Part shown: piece by piece, positions 1 to 12,937 of the stretch
Layout of the letters: each line of letters begins with the position of its first letter
Position numbering within the stretch: the first letter of the stretch is position 1
Assembly: GCF_006345805.1 (NCBI RefSeq)
Contig: NC_043015.1
Span: forward strand, 24,056,001-24,120,000
Origin: Octopus sinensis
Taxonomy: Eukaryota
Length of the DNA stretch: 64,000 nt
Direction of reading: 5' to 3'
The notes under the pieces: generated by a model
Seen by the model: the letters and a program-made list of their open reading frames with translations, nothing else
Databases searched by the model: none
Told to the model about the DNA's origin: nothing
Translations under genes and position numbers: made by a program

Positions 1-1968
1 TTCTATGAATAAATGGCAAACAGTGCTACAGCTCCAAACAAAAGAGGGACTCGTGAAAACCAAAGCCATCCCCATTAGAAGAGAAATATTCCAGGGAGAT
101 ACGCTCTCTCCGCTCCTTTTAAGCTTGGCACTGTCACCTCTATCGGATATGCTAAACAGAACTGGATGCGGATATAAATGTTACGGCAAAAAGATCAGCC
201 ACCTTTTATATATGGATGACCTAAAACTATACGCTACAAATGACAACAGCTGGAAACACTACTAAAGACAGTTCATGGATTTACCAAAGAAATAGATATG
301 AAATTTGGAATAGAGAAATGCGCCAAAGTAACTCTGAAAAGAGGAAAACTAGTTAAGAGTAGCAACATCACACTAGATAAAACCAATGAAATAAAATAAT
401 TAAACCAAAGCCAAACTTACAAATACTTAGGAATCCATGAACTAGATAAGACACAACACACACAAATGAAATAGTTTAGACGAGTTAGATCAATACTGAA
501 AAGAGAGCTCAATGATAAAAACAAGATAATAGGTATCAACACTTTAGCCGTCCCAGTTATAAGTTACAGCTACAATATCCTTAACTGGACACTAAATGAA
601 CTGACCAAAATAGATAGGAAAATAAGAAAAATAATGACAGGATCTAGGTTACATCACCCAAAATCTGACATAGAAAGGCTATATATACAATGTATAGATG
701 GTGGTAGAGGCCTTATACAGCTGGAAAACTACTATAAAATAACCACCATAGGACTGCAAAAATATCTACTTCAGAAGGAAAAAAACTGATACAAATAGCG
801 GCAAAACACGAGCAAAACAAGGAACTGTTCTCAGTATTTAAGGAAGCTGACAAATACAAACAAGAAAGCATACCACCTAACAAATATGAAGAGAAGAAGA
901 AGAAGAAGAAGAAGAAGAAGAAGAAGAAGAAGAAGAAGAAGAAGAAGAAGAAGAAGAGAAGAAGAAGAAGAAGAAGAAGAAAAAGAAAAAAGAGAAAAAA
1001 GAAGAAGAAGAAGAAGAAGAAGAAAAGCTATAAAACATGAATGAAATCCAAACTAAAAAAAATAGGAATGACAGCACCAAAACGAAACATGATAAAAACG
1101 ATGAAAGAAAAGCCCCTTCATGGCAAATACTGCACTAAAACTGAATAAAGCAGAAAGAAAAATAGACAAAAAAAAATCCCAACAATGGATGAGAAGCTCA
1201 GGACTGAAAGCAGAGACAGAAGGATTTTTATTTGCAGCGCAAGACCAAAGCCTCAACACCAGAAATTACCAAAAACATGTAATGAAAAGAAATATAACAA
1301 GTAACAGCAGAATATGTGGAGATGGACAAGAAACAATAAATCATATTATCTCTGGCTGCCCAGTCCTGGCTAAGAAGGAATATATTCACAGACACGACAG
1401 AGTTGGGACCTATATACATTGGAAACTATGCCAACATTATGGAATAACAACAGAAAAAAGATGGTATAGGCACACACCAGAAACGGTCACAGAAAACGAG
1501 AAAGCAACCATACTCTGGGATATGCCGATACACACAGATAGAGAAATTAAGGCTAACAGACCAGATATAGTTGTCAGAGATCATGAAGAAAAAAATGTTT
1601 TCTAATTGTTGTATCATTACTAGCGGATGACAACGTATCTCTAAAAGAAATGGAGAAACTTTCAAAATACAAAGACCTGGAAATAGAGATAACCAGAATG
1701 TGGAATCTAAAAACAGAACCAATTCCCATCATAATAGGTGCATTAGGCATGATAAAAAAATATTCAGACAAATATATAACAAAAACACCAGGACTTACAA
1801 ACACATATAACATACAGAAAATTGCACTACTAGGCACTGCACACATCCTACGCAGAACACTTTCCATACAATAACCATCAGAGCATCACAACAAATCACA
1901 GCACATACCCAAGGCACACAGAGCTGCGCTCGGTAGTGAAGTGAAAGCACGATATAAAAAATATACTA

Positions 1969-1971
<3 letters not shown>
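1..1971 (+). mobile_element. Dong/R4-clade non-LTR retrotransposon (RT, CCHC knuckle, restriction-like endonuclease); frameshifted and cut by the window edge
   Basis: ORF 5-265 has RT motifs IFQGDTLSPLL and YMDDLKLY. ORFs 1120-1605 and 1650-1874 give ETINHIISGCPVLA..YIHRHDRV, RPDIVVRD and KYKDLEIEI..GALG (RLE). The 3' UTR ends in (TAA)n. Confidence 0.9.
888..1024 (+). repeat. (GAA)n expansion inside Dong copy 1
   Basis: Direct reading. The orthologous tract is only about 27 bp in copy 2 and about 15 bp in the copy at 50.8 kb. Confidence 0.95.
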
Positions 1972-2030
<59 letters not shown>

Positions 2031-2033
2031 GAA

Positions 2034-2064
<31 letters not shown>

Positions 2065-2112
2065 AAGAAGAAGAAGAAGAAGAAGAAGAAGAAGAAGAAG
2101 AAGAAGAGGAAG
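1972..2112 (+). repeat. Compound (TAA)n then (GAA)n microsatellite between the two Dong copies
   Basis: Direct reading. Confidence 0.95.
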
Positions 2113-3110
2113 AAATACAAACAAGAAATCATACCACCTAATAAACACGAAGAAGAAGAAGAAGATGATGAAGAAACAACAAAAGCTATAAAACAAATGA
2201 AATCCAAACTAAAAATAGAACAACAACGAACCATGATAAAACGATGGCAAGAAAAGCCCCTTCATGGTAAATACTGCACTAAACTAAACGCAAAAGAAAT
2301 AGACAAAGAAAAATCCCAGCAATGTTTGAGAAGCTCAGGACTCAAAGCAGAAACAGAGGGATTTTTAATTGCAGCACATGACCAAAGCCTCCCCACCAGA
2401 AATTACCAAAAACATGTAATGAAAAGAAATATTACAAGTAACTGCAGAATATGTGGAGATGGACAAGAAACAATAAATCATATTATCTCTGGCTGCCCAG
2501 TCCTGGCTAAGAAGGAATATATTCACAGACATGACAGAGTTGGAACCTACATACATTGGAAACTATGCCAACATTATGGAATAACAACAGAAAAAAGATG
2601 GTATAGGCACACACCAGAAAAGGTCACAAAAAAACGAGAAAGCAACCATACTCTGGGATATGCCGATACACACAGATAGAGAAATTAAGGCCAACAGAGC
2701 AGATATAGTTGTCAGAGATCATGAAGAAAAAAAATGCTTTCTAATTGATGTATCAATACCGGCAGATGACAACATGTCTCTAAAAGAAATGGAGAAACTC
2801 TCAAAATACAAAGACCTGGAAATAGAGATAACTAGAATGTGGAATCTGAAAACAGAAACAATTCCTATCATAGTAGGTGCATTAGGCATGATAAAAAAAT
2901 ATTCAGACAAATACATAACAAAAACACCAGGACTTAAAAACACATATAACATACAGAAAATTGCACTACTTGGCACTGCACACATCCTACGCAGAACACT
3001 TTCCATACAATAACCATCAGAGCATCACGACAAATCACGGCACATACCCAAGGCACACAGAGCTGCGCTCGGTAGTGAAGTGAAAGCACGATATAACAAA
3101 TATACTACTG
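2113..3110 (+). mobile_element. Second Dong/R4 copy, 5'-truncated, tandem to the first
   Basis: ORFs 2197-2679 and 2660-3013 contain CRICG..HIISGC and RADIVV..LIDVS..KYKDL. The 3' UTR is nearly identical to copy 1. (TAA)n tail at 3111-3314. Confidence 0.9.
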
Positions 3111-3146
3111 AATAATAATTATAATAATAATAATAATAATAACAAC

Positions 3147-3190
<44 letters not shown>

Positions 3191-3191
3191 C

Positions 3192-3259
<68 letters not shown>

Positions 3260-3260
3260 C

Positions 3261-3315
<55 letters not shown>

Positions 3316-3340
3316 GTAGTAGTAGTAACGACAACAACAA
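3111..3340 (+). repeat. Long (TAA)n/(CAA) tail
   Basis: Direct reading. Confidence 0.95.
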
Positions 3341-4305
3341 ATCTTTTGTGCAAAAGATGGGCTGCAGCAAAAATGCTGCTCAATACCGCATAATTCCTGA
3401 TCAGTTGCTTGTCCTTAAGCGGTTCAGTATATCATTGAATTGCTGACAATAATTGGTTAAAAAGATAAGCAGTGGTGGGGAGCATTGAACAATTCACCCC
3501 ATCTTTAAACAACCCTTATTCAGGGACATTTTGAGAAGGATGAGCTACTCAGCCTCAAGAAAATTTTAACTGGGCCCGACCTGTAAAGTCATGCGTTATT
3601 TATCTGTATGTCACACACATGGTTTTAATGCATGTGAATTATCAGACAAGTAGTCATGTGTTTATTGTGCTTCCTATATTCATACCCAGCATCACTTTGA
3701 TGACAATGTTGATGATGAAGATAACAATACTAAGAATAATAATAATTTTTTATAATAGACAAATAAATAATAAATAAAGGCACTGGCTCGCATGGCTTCT
3801 GATCTTAACTGCCTGGAAGTGTTATGTACATATTTCGTCTTGGTATAAAAGATGGGCTACAGCAAATATTCTTCTCAAAACCACAGATTTGTTTGTCAGT
3901 TGCTTGCCCTTAACCAGTTGAGCATGCTCCTTGGTGACTGACGATATGTGCATCTCTGATCACAAGCAGAAGTAGTAGGGAAGCATCAGTCATGTGTTGG
4001 AAAGAATTCTTCGAGGTTTGACTAATTCACATTGGGTGTTTCGTTCAGCATCCTTAACCGTTATTCAAGGACTATTTGAGAGGAATGGGATACTCGACCT
4101 GATGAAAAGTCTACCTTGGCTCCACCTGCAAGGTCATGTGCTGTTTATTATGATATGAGATCACTTTGTCGCGCACATATCGTTGTGATGCATGTACCTG
4201 GTGTACTCTTATCAGGCAAGTAGTCATAATGGGTATACTGGACTTCGTATATTTTATCCCAGTGTCACTTAGATGGCATGCACTGCTCTCTCACTCTGTA
4301 ATAAT
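3340..4305 (+). repeat. Two tandem diverged copies (about 3340-3710 and 3779-4305) of a non-coding TAA-tailed interspersed repeat
   Basis: Shared blocks AAAAGATGGGCT.CAGCAAA, CAGTTGCTTG.CCTTAA, GCTACTC/GATACTC..CCT.AAGAAAA, GTCATG.G.TGTTTA and GTCACTT.GATG. Each ends in TAA-like repeats. Confidence 0.7.
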
Positions 4306-4309
4306 GATA

Positions 4310-4758
4310 ATGATTCAGTGCGACCATGAGAGAGAGAATAGGAAACCAAACATAGTGTTAATCGAGAAAGAAAGCAAACGATGCTGGATCATAGATATAG
4401 CATGCTCAGCTGACAACAAGGTATGCGATAAGGAAGAAAAAGTCGAGAGTTATGACAGGTTAGTGTGGGAGGTAAAGCAGTTGTAGTCGATGAAAACGGT
4501 GGTAGGAGTACCTATAATTGTAAGAGCGCTGGAAGCAGTAACATTCTTGAGAAGTACATTGAACAAATAGGGGCTGCATTAACGGTGGAGCACTTGAAGA
4601 AAGCAGCATCGCTTGGAACTGCTCAAATATACCGATGGTACTCGTATAAATATGACTTATTATTTTAGTTTACTTGTAGTGAACAGCTGACATGGTAGTA
4701 CGTATATCTCTAGTGTTAGAAGCAGTTCAAAGAAAATAAATAATAATAATAATAATAT
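4310..4758 (+). mobile_element. 3' fragment of a different Dong/R4-like subfamily (RLE domain), decayed
   Basis: Translation QCDH..ENRKPNIVLIEKESKRCWIIDIACSADNKV..YDRL..EV and LKKAASLGTA. TAA tail at 4735-4758. Confidence 0.75.
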
Positions 4759-5899
4759 CAACCATTACGACTAAGGAGAAAGAGAAGTAGGAGGATGAGA
4801 AGAATTTGCACAGCTATATTTTAATCTATGCCGCTTAAGGTATCTTTAATTAAAACCGCTTCATAATGTTTTGCACAGGCCAGGAAATACATTACCTGCT
4901 CCTTACATATACGAATAATAATAATCCTTACTGCGCTATGAACAGGAATTCAGTACCTGTTTCTGATGAAGTTCGGTGACACAGAAACACGTGGCCCACT
5001 GTCCTACGAACTCATTCAAAACGCGGTTTGGTGTGTTTTTGCAAACACTGCCTATAAGGAGACTTTCTCTTGATTGTACACGGAATTGTTGCATATAGCT
5101 GTACAGAGGTTTATTTTAATTACGGCTACTTAGTGGACCTTAAAATAATTTAAGTAGTAGTATCAAGTAGTAGTAAATTAAAGTTGGTGAAAGACACGGC
5201 ACGCTTGAAAGAAAAAAGAAACAGTAGCTTTAACAGAAATAAGTCTTCACATTTCTATACTTCGATACATTCAGACAAAATCTTCCTATTTTTTTTGTGT
5301 GTCTGACAAAATTTGTTCCTATACATCAGGTGGTGCTATTAAGTTAGACATGGCCTGGGCCAATAATGGCCGAAACCTATCAAAGTACATCGGTGTAAAT
5401 TACAATAATTACTTGCCTCACAAAATTAGACAAAATTAGAGTTAACATAATTGATGTACTGAGAAACAAAAGCCTCTAGGCAGGAATATGTACGTAGGGG
5501 GGAAATTGTTTGTTTTTTGCGTAATGATTTTATTAAATTTAGCAAATAGCGATAAGAATTTCCAGGTTTCGATAACCTTAGCACCCATTAGCAACACTTG
5601 GATTTCATCTTACTTTCTCAAGTAATGATTTGTTTTGAATTTGTTGATTTTTAAACCTAAACATAAAAACAAAATTGGAGCTAATTTCGAGGATGTACTT
5701 TCGAAGCCAATGATTTCATCTGAAAGTATGTGTTGAGTCTAAAGTAATTACCGCGCGGCAAACACTTATTAACCATTCAAATCACACAGAAAATTTGCGA
5801 TAGGATTGTATCTGTGACCAGGTTGCCGTTAGTGCGACAAGAATTTTGATAGCAAATAATAAATGCTTAACTTGAGTGAACACATATTTGAATTGTTAA

Positions 5900-7100
5900 G
5901 TCTTCCATACTGTAAATACTTACTGATACCCTTCCCACTACTTCAACACTACTTCATTCATGTTCACTGACAAAATCTGGCATTCATCTTTGAGTCTAAG
6001 AAATATCTCAGATCTCAGCAACACTCTTCGCAATCCATTACTGAGACGGTAAGTCTCTTTGATAAACGCCCAAAGTCCTTAGGTTCAATTGAATAAAATA
6101 TCACGCAACTAATACGCATGGTGTTGCCCTCTGTCGTAAATTAATCTCTGGCCTGCTGACAATCTCCCTTCTTTGACTTTTCAATGCTGTGGTGGCCTCT
6201 CTTTCTGGGCGATACTCAGTTTCATGAGATCTCATTTCAGCCCCTCGTCACTCATTCCACATTTCGTGATCACAATTCTCCTATGCGCAAGGCTCTACAG
6301 TTATTTATCTTCACTTGGATATTAATCTCTGGAATCACCTTTACTTTACATGTGGCCTTCATGCTCATATTGTCTGGCAACAATTGAGCAGGAACCCTTC
6401 TTGCATTGATTTCAGCGGTATTGGATAAAATAAGACACTAAGGACACAGTTCTTTCCATGAGAGTAACACGCCCTCTTCAAATAATTCTAATAAACAAAA
6501 TGAAGATGCTTTGAAATTAAATAATTCAGAAATGTGTTTGTAAGAACAATAATTGCGTATTTGAAGTGTAGATGGTGTATTTTCTAAGTAAAAATAAGAG
6601 GCTTTAAATAACCGCCTGACTAATAAACGTAACTCTACAAGCATTCTGTCTGATGCAGTGTTGTACTTAGTCTGTGCTATTGGGAGTGGTCCTACGGTTT
6701 CCCACTCTCCCATGAAATGCATTTGATAATATATAAGAACATACATAGAAAACTGCCTCTTCACGTCTGCTGATTTAGAAAAATGAGCTGCTGTCCTCTG
6801 GAACAAATTGGAGAAAGTGGCAGTGAGTATTTTCTAGAATAGTTTATAAAAGCACTTAGATAATACGTAAGTATTGTAGGAAATTCTGTTTTTGCAACTA
6901 CATTGGTGCCATTGCTTGCCTTGAGCTCTTAACTCAGTGAGAGGGATGTAGATGGCACCTTCATTATATACGGCATGTGTTGGACATTTAAAGACCTGGT
7001 GAAGCCCCTCATTTTCATTTGATAGAGAATTTGTAAACTTCCGGCTGATCTCAAATTTGAATGACGCCATAAAGTATTCCCATAAGAGGTGACGAGAGTC
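5900..7100 (-). pseudogene. Possible highly decayed hAT-like transposase relic
   Basis: Only weak pattern similarity in broken frames (e.g. TFSNLFQR, YRLSN.LRRVLLR). No terminal repeats recognised. Confidence 0.25.
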
Positions 7101-7927
7101 TGTGAAAATTGAAAGGGGGCGGGCAGTCTCTATTATTATAGCAAACGACAGATGCTTTCTAACTTTAAACTTGTCAAATAGTATAATGAAGAAACAATAA
7201 TTAATACAGATGAAAATTTATTTCTTAATCTCAATAAACTGGTGGGTAGACATCCCCAGAAATTATATTTATATTTTGAATCAGCTGATATTTCATAGTT
7301 TGAGATCAACAGATATATATCATGTCTGCTCCAAAGTGGCCAACCTGGGGTTAAAGAAAAACAATGCCATCAACCACTACAATATCGTAGACAATAAATA
7401 GAGTGTGTTCTGTAATTTTATTGACGTATTCTCTACCTTATATATTTAACAGTCGGCATGATATCAAAGAGACACAGAACGTTTAGCTGCTTTGTTTTGT
7501 ATTATCTTGTGATGATTTGTTCGGCTTTTGCTTGTTCAGGTTTGTTCTTTTTTTAAGAGTAACGACCACAATGTAGAACTTTTAATCAGTTGCCAAGCAA
7601 CCCTGGAATTTTGGAGCAACAGTTTAGCTATAATTTATTATTTCATGTCATGATTTGTCATGACATCACAAGAGTTTGACGTAGGAAACAAACGAACAGA
7701 AAATTGCAAACAAAATTTGTCTACATATGTCTGTTGGTGGGTATCTTCCAGTATTTATTTAATGCTGTTTCACCCTCTTTATTCCCTCTCTCTATCCCAT
7801 GTCTTTTCCCTCTCACTAATGAATACGTGCGCAGACACGAATGTACATGTGTAAAGGTATATATGTATATATAAATACACACACAATCATCTTCCCATCC
7901 CCATATATATATGTATATGCGTGTGTG

Positions 7928-8022
<95 letters not shown>

Positions 8023-8599
8023 TGATTGAAGAAGTCATCGTCGTCAAAGTTGGTATTGCCTTTTTGTTTTACGGATGAAGCAATATGAAATTCTTAACAC
8101 CCTGTATCTAGATATCGGTCTGGAGTACTGCCCTGCATTATCCTCATTTTGTTGGTAACGTTTATCAGAGCTGGCAGCATCTTTTTCCTCATTGTTAAGA
8201 TTGTTGTGTTCTTCAGTTTTAAAATTAATGTCAACTTTTTCAGCCTTATTGTACGCTTCCTCAAGTAACAGTTTAGCCGAGTCAAATTTTCTTTCGATAC
8301 AATTACTTGAACTAAATCGATGTTCTTTAAAGGCTCTCCTCCTGACATTATCACCTCATTAGAAACAAAAGTTAGTATTATTTAACCTCTTAAATAGTCA
8401 TTCTCTATTTTCAATGTCTAGAGTGTCATAGAAAGTACAGATGAATCTTGTGTATTTCAACGGTAAACTCTTTCTATGGGTACAAATCGCCGGCTACTTT
8501 TTTTTCCCAGATGATTTGTTTCATAGTATTTTTAACTGGCTCTTTGTTCATGCAAGATCTTATTAGAAACTTGCATTGAAAAATTCTGTTCTTTCGGTT

Positions 8600-9150
8600 G
8601 TGGACCATCATTGGAACAAATTGACAGGCATTGATGGTCATGTATTCAATCGCTTATACATTGAGAAAGGGAAACATTTGCTTGCATCTTAACAAGTGTT
8701 ATACATCAAATTGTTTGAACTGTGAGTGCATGATCATCAGCGTAGTTAGATATAAGTAAGCTCTGCTCACCTTATGATTTTTTCCATTCGGTTTGATGGT
8801 GAGGCATTTGTCTTTCAGGTTACGAAACCTGCAAAAGAGCTACATGTAAACGAATCTTTAAAGTTAGTCAGCTTCTTTCTAGCGAGGGAGCAGTCCACCC
8901 GAGCGCGGTTTCCTTAGGATGGTGATATTCTCTGTAGAAGAGAACATATACGCTTCTGAACATATACATTTCGGAAGCCTTGTATAAACGTTAACAAGAC
9001 CCTATTCTTCCAAATGTCTTTTATGTGCCTTATGTTTCTCTGGCTGCTTTGGTTGACCGTGTTCCCACATTGATCTCGTCTTACAGCGAATAAAAAAGGC
9101 TTCAGAAAGGCAATTCAGAGCCCTAACAGTTCCTAATCAAGGCTCCGTAG
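8600..9150 (-). pseudogene. Decayed non-LTR reverse transcriptase relic
   Basis: The minus strand reads NYADDHAL near 8730-8755, preceded by an ITILR...GGLLP segment. Many stops and frameshifts. Confidence 0.4.
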
Positions 9151-9573
9151 TTGCAGTTGTCGCTGGCCTTATTACGTTTTACAACCTCTACAGTGTTCAC
9201 AGAACATTGAGCAACTGTCCTGATATCAACATTTTGATGCTGCCCCGGTAGATTTACGGTGCGTTGTATCCTTGAGCAAGACTCTTTATTTTAGGTTATT
9301 CCATTCCATTCAGCTGGCAAAAAGGAGTTACTTGAAATCCAAAGGGCCAGCATTACCACACTCTGTGCCATATCGAATCCCATTGAGAATTATGCTAAGA
9401 GTACGAGTATTCGTTGATCGGATCAACTGGAATAAGCGTCATCATAATCGACAGAATACCATTTTGACGCCCAGCACAAATTAATCTGATACAAGGAACA
9501 CTTTTCGAATATTCCTATGACTTTCATTCATCCCTGACAGCTAACATTTTCTCAGCTTCAATTTTATTCTTTA

Positions 9574-10289
9574 CTAGCAGTATAGCCCGGCTTTGCTCGG
9601 GATTAAGTTAGAATTATTAAACTAATCAAGCTCTTTATTTCAAACCAAACTAAGTAACATCGACGTCAAATTTGAGCGAAATCCGTTGAAATTGGTAAAC
9701 TTTTGGCTGAAAATGAGTTGCTAACAATTTGATTGGGAGATCCCATAAGGAATCGGTTTGTCGATTTTTTTTTTTCGTTTTTTGGAAAATTTAAAGCATT
9801 CAAAGATCCCACGAGTCCTAAGTAATGCTGGCATCAAATTTGAACAAAATACATCAAGATTGGTAAAAGTTCTGGTTGAGAATAGGGTGTAGCCGAGTTT
9901 AGTGGGAAGTCCTACAAGGAATCGGTTTGTCGATTTTTTATTTATCCTGATTAAATAGAAAACCCTATAAGGAATCAGCTTATTGATTTTTCACTCGAAA
10001 TAGGACTTAACAGAACACAACATTGCTGATTCAAAAACATCAATATTTATACTTTAAAGTTGGTTTTCATACCCAACCCAATTCTGCAGCTTCAGTGTCA
10101 CGACGGGAGCGCTTAGGCTGGGAGTTTGATCGGCAGAGGTGATCAGGTTGCATATACCAACCCTTTTGAAAACACCACCCCATCATGTAACTCCCCTTTG
10201 CCCATGGGTTGGGAACCCTTCCAACAAAGAAAATAGAACGCCCAAAAGGACGCCCAATCCTGTGTGTGCCCATATGTATGGGCAACACA

Positions 10290-10325
<36 letters not shown>

Positions 10326-10535
10326 TATTCGTACATACACCTATTTTCGAAACATTGTTTACAAAATAATAGCTGATCGTTTGCGAAGGAGCGTGTCTCG
10401 AGCAACACACACACAGACACACACAAACATATACGTACATACACCTATTTTCGAAATAAAAAAAAATTTTAATCTGTTCTCTTCTCTCTCTCTCTCTCTC
10501 TCGCTCTCTCTCTCTCTCGCTCTCTCTCTCTCTCG

Positions 10536-10568
<33 letters not shown>

Positions 10569-10791
10569 TTACGCCGTCGCTAGAAGGGGACTTAACTCAT
10601 ATTTGCGAATGGCGTATTTCTACGACCTGAAATATGTTTAAAAGTTACGGCTCAAAATTATTTTTACCATTATTCGCTGCTGCCTCGGGGGAAAATAATT
10701 TGACGAAAATACTGCTAGGATCGTGACGAACGTCCTCCTAAAATTTGAGCGACATGCGTGCTAATTTGTAGACGTGCATAATTTACATTCA

Positions 10792-10825
<34 letters not shown>

Positions 10826-10913
10826 ACACACACACAACACACACACACAAACACACACACACACACATACACACAAACACACACACACATCAAGCCTTTT
10901 ATATATATACAGA
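9574..10913 (-). mobile_element. Non-autonomous Helitron-like element
   Basis: Minus-strand 5' A|TC at 10913. 3' hairpin CCCG-AGCAAAGC-CGGG followed by CTAG|T at 9574. Internal (CA)n/(CT)n tracts and a short duplication (10321 vs 10425). Confidence 0.55.
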
Positions 10914-11209
10914 TGCTCCCTAATGCTGCTGAATGCTCGCCAATACATCGCGCTGTTCTTGAACAAAAAGACCAGAAGCAAATCGCCAAATATGGCCCCA
11001 ACACCCTGTATATATAGCACCCGACACCCAAATTATAAGCCTGGTGCCTATCGTAGAAAGAAATATGTCACTTATTACAAGGGATTAATATTATGTTACT
11101 TTTACAAATATATTCCGAATATCTTATTTTTTCTTTCGGCTCTTAAACTGCGGGCATGCTAGGCAATAGCCTTAAAGAAATTTAACAGAACGAATCAATC
11201 ACACAACTT

Positions 11210-11295
11210 ATTTGCTTTTTAAGCCTGGAACTCATACAGAGGCATAAACACACCAACACCGGTTGTCAAGTGATGGTGGTGGATAAAACAGACAA

Positions 11296-11333
<38 letters not shown>

Positions 11334-11480
11334 GACGGGGCCTATTTCAGTCTCCGTCTACGAAATCCATTCACAAGTCTTTGGTGTGCACGAGACTGCA
11401 GTAGAAGACACTTGTCCAATGTACCACGCAATGGGACTGAATCCAGCACCATCTCACTGGTAAGCAAATTTCTTGTCACA
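11210..11480 (-). mobile_element. tRNA-derived CORE-type SINE, decayed
   Basis: Matches the copy at 25993-26381 (GGTTGTCAAG, CCGTCTAC.AAATCCA, GTAGAAGACACTTG). Confidence 0.75.
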
Positions 11481-11676
11481 AATACTCGCCTAAATTTTGA
11501 AAATTTTGCTTGCGGTTCAATTTTAAGTTTTTTTCTTTCCCGTTGATGCATTTTCACTTTTATTCTTTCTTTCCATAAATTAAATGTTAATTCTCTGAAC
11601 ATAATTAAAGTTACATCGCGTAAAATAGATGCTGTATCTTTGTCTGTCTTACAGTCTGTCTCTCACTCTCTCTCTA

Positions 11677-12861
11677 TCTTATATATATAATATATATATT
11701 TATATATATAAAACTGAGATTGTGTGTCTGTCTGTCTGTGTGTTTCCCTAAAACTTGAGAACTACACAACCAATTTCATTCAAATTTTACACATGCCTTA
11801 CGTAGGGTCCGGGGAGTGTCATCGGCAAAAAATAATTTTGAACTTTTTGCCTAGGGCGAGCCCACAGCAATATCATATCTTCTCCACTACGATTCCCTAA
11901 AACTTGAGAACTACACAACCAATTCCATTCAAATTTTACACATGCCTTACTTACGGTCCATGTAGTTTCATGGGCAAAAAATGTTCAACTTCTTGCCTAG
12001 AGCGAGCCCATAGCAATATCATATCTTCTCCACTATTTCAGTATTACGTGTTAAAAGTGAAACAAAAACGTTTCTCTATTTTATGTCAGATACTTTCACT
12101 TTAACAATAAAAATAATAATAACAATTGAATTATATGTAGTAAGTAATAATTAAAATCAAACTAAAGTAACATAACAAAAGTAAAAATAGCAATTGGTAT
12201 AACATTGCATCAATGATCTGAACTTGAATAAGTAGTTTCACATGAATGGGAATAAATTAAAAATAAAATTAACGTGCAGAAATGGAATAGTCCAGATGGA
12301 TAATAAAAAATTAAATTAAAGAAAAGACTATTGTCTATAAAGTATACAATGTAGAGAAAAAAAGAAGATTTGAACACATGGAGGCAAGCACCTTCGAAAA
12401 GTGTCTTGGTGCGACTATGAAAGGTATCTAATCAGAGGCGGTCAATTCGCCACAATAGAAGCAAGGTTCGAGTCAACGGAGCGTGCAAGGGAGTACTCGA
12501 CTCGAACTTGCAAAATGGAGATATTTTATTTTCCCCTTTATATCTGGGACGTAGGATGTCCTGGAAAAGAAATTTTAAATGCCCCCAGAAGTAGCGGTAG
12601 GCTGGATTGTAGCCACACTTCTATACAAGAGGGAGGATAAGATACAATTGATCGAAATTACAAGAGACGGGCTAACAATTCCAGTCTGTTATATATTTTG
12701 AGTATTGTTATCACTAGCGATATCAAGATATAACTTTGTATTTTGTATTTTATGTGTAGATGTATATATATAGATGTACATGTAATATGTACACATATAT
12801 ATTTACACACATATACATGCACTAGCACTATGACCCGGCAACGACGGGTCTTTAATACTAG
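11677..12861 (+). mobile_element. Non-autonomous Helitron-like element with an internal ~149-bp tandem duplication
   Basis: 5' A|TC TTATATATATAA. 3' hairpin GACCCG-GCAACGA-CGGGTC then CTAG|T at 12858-12862. Duplicated unit starts at 11744 and 11893. Confidence 0.55.
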
Positions 12862-12877
12862 TATATATATTAATATA

Positions 12878-12937
<60 letters not shown>

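Noticed and set aside
4950-5010. CTGATGA...GAAACACGTG hammerhead-like motif
   Set aside because: No U at the cleavage triplet in the palindromic register, weak stem II and no stem I pairing. At best a dead relic.
5355-5400. GGCC-AATAAT-GGCC-GAAAC stem resembling a hammerhead half
   Set aside because: No CUGANGA core upstream.
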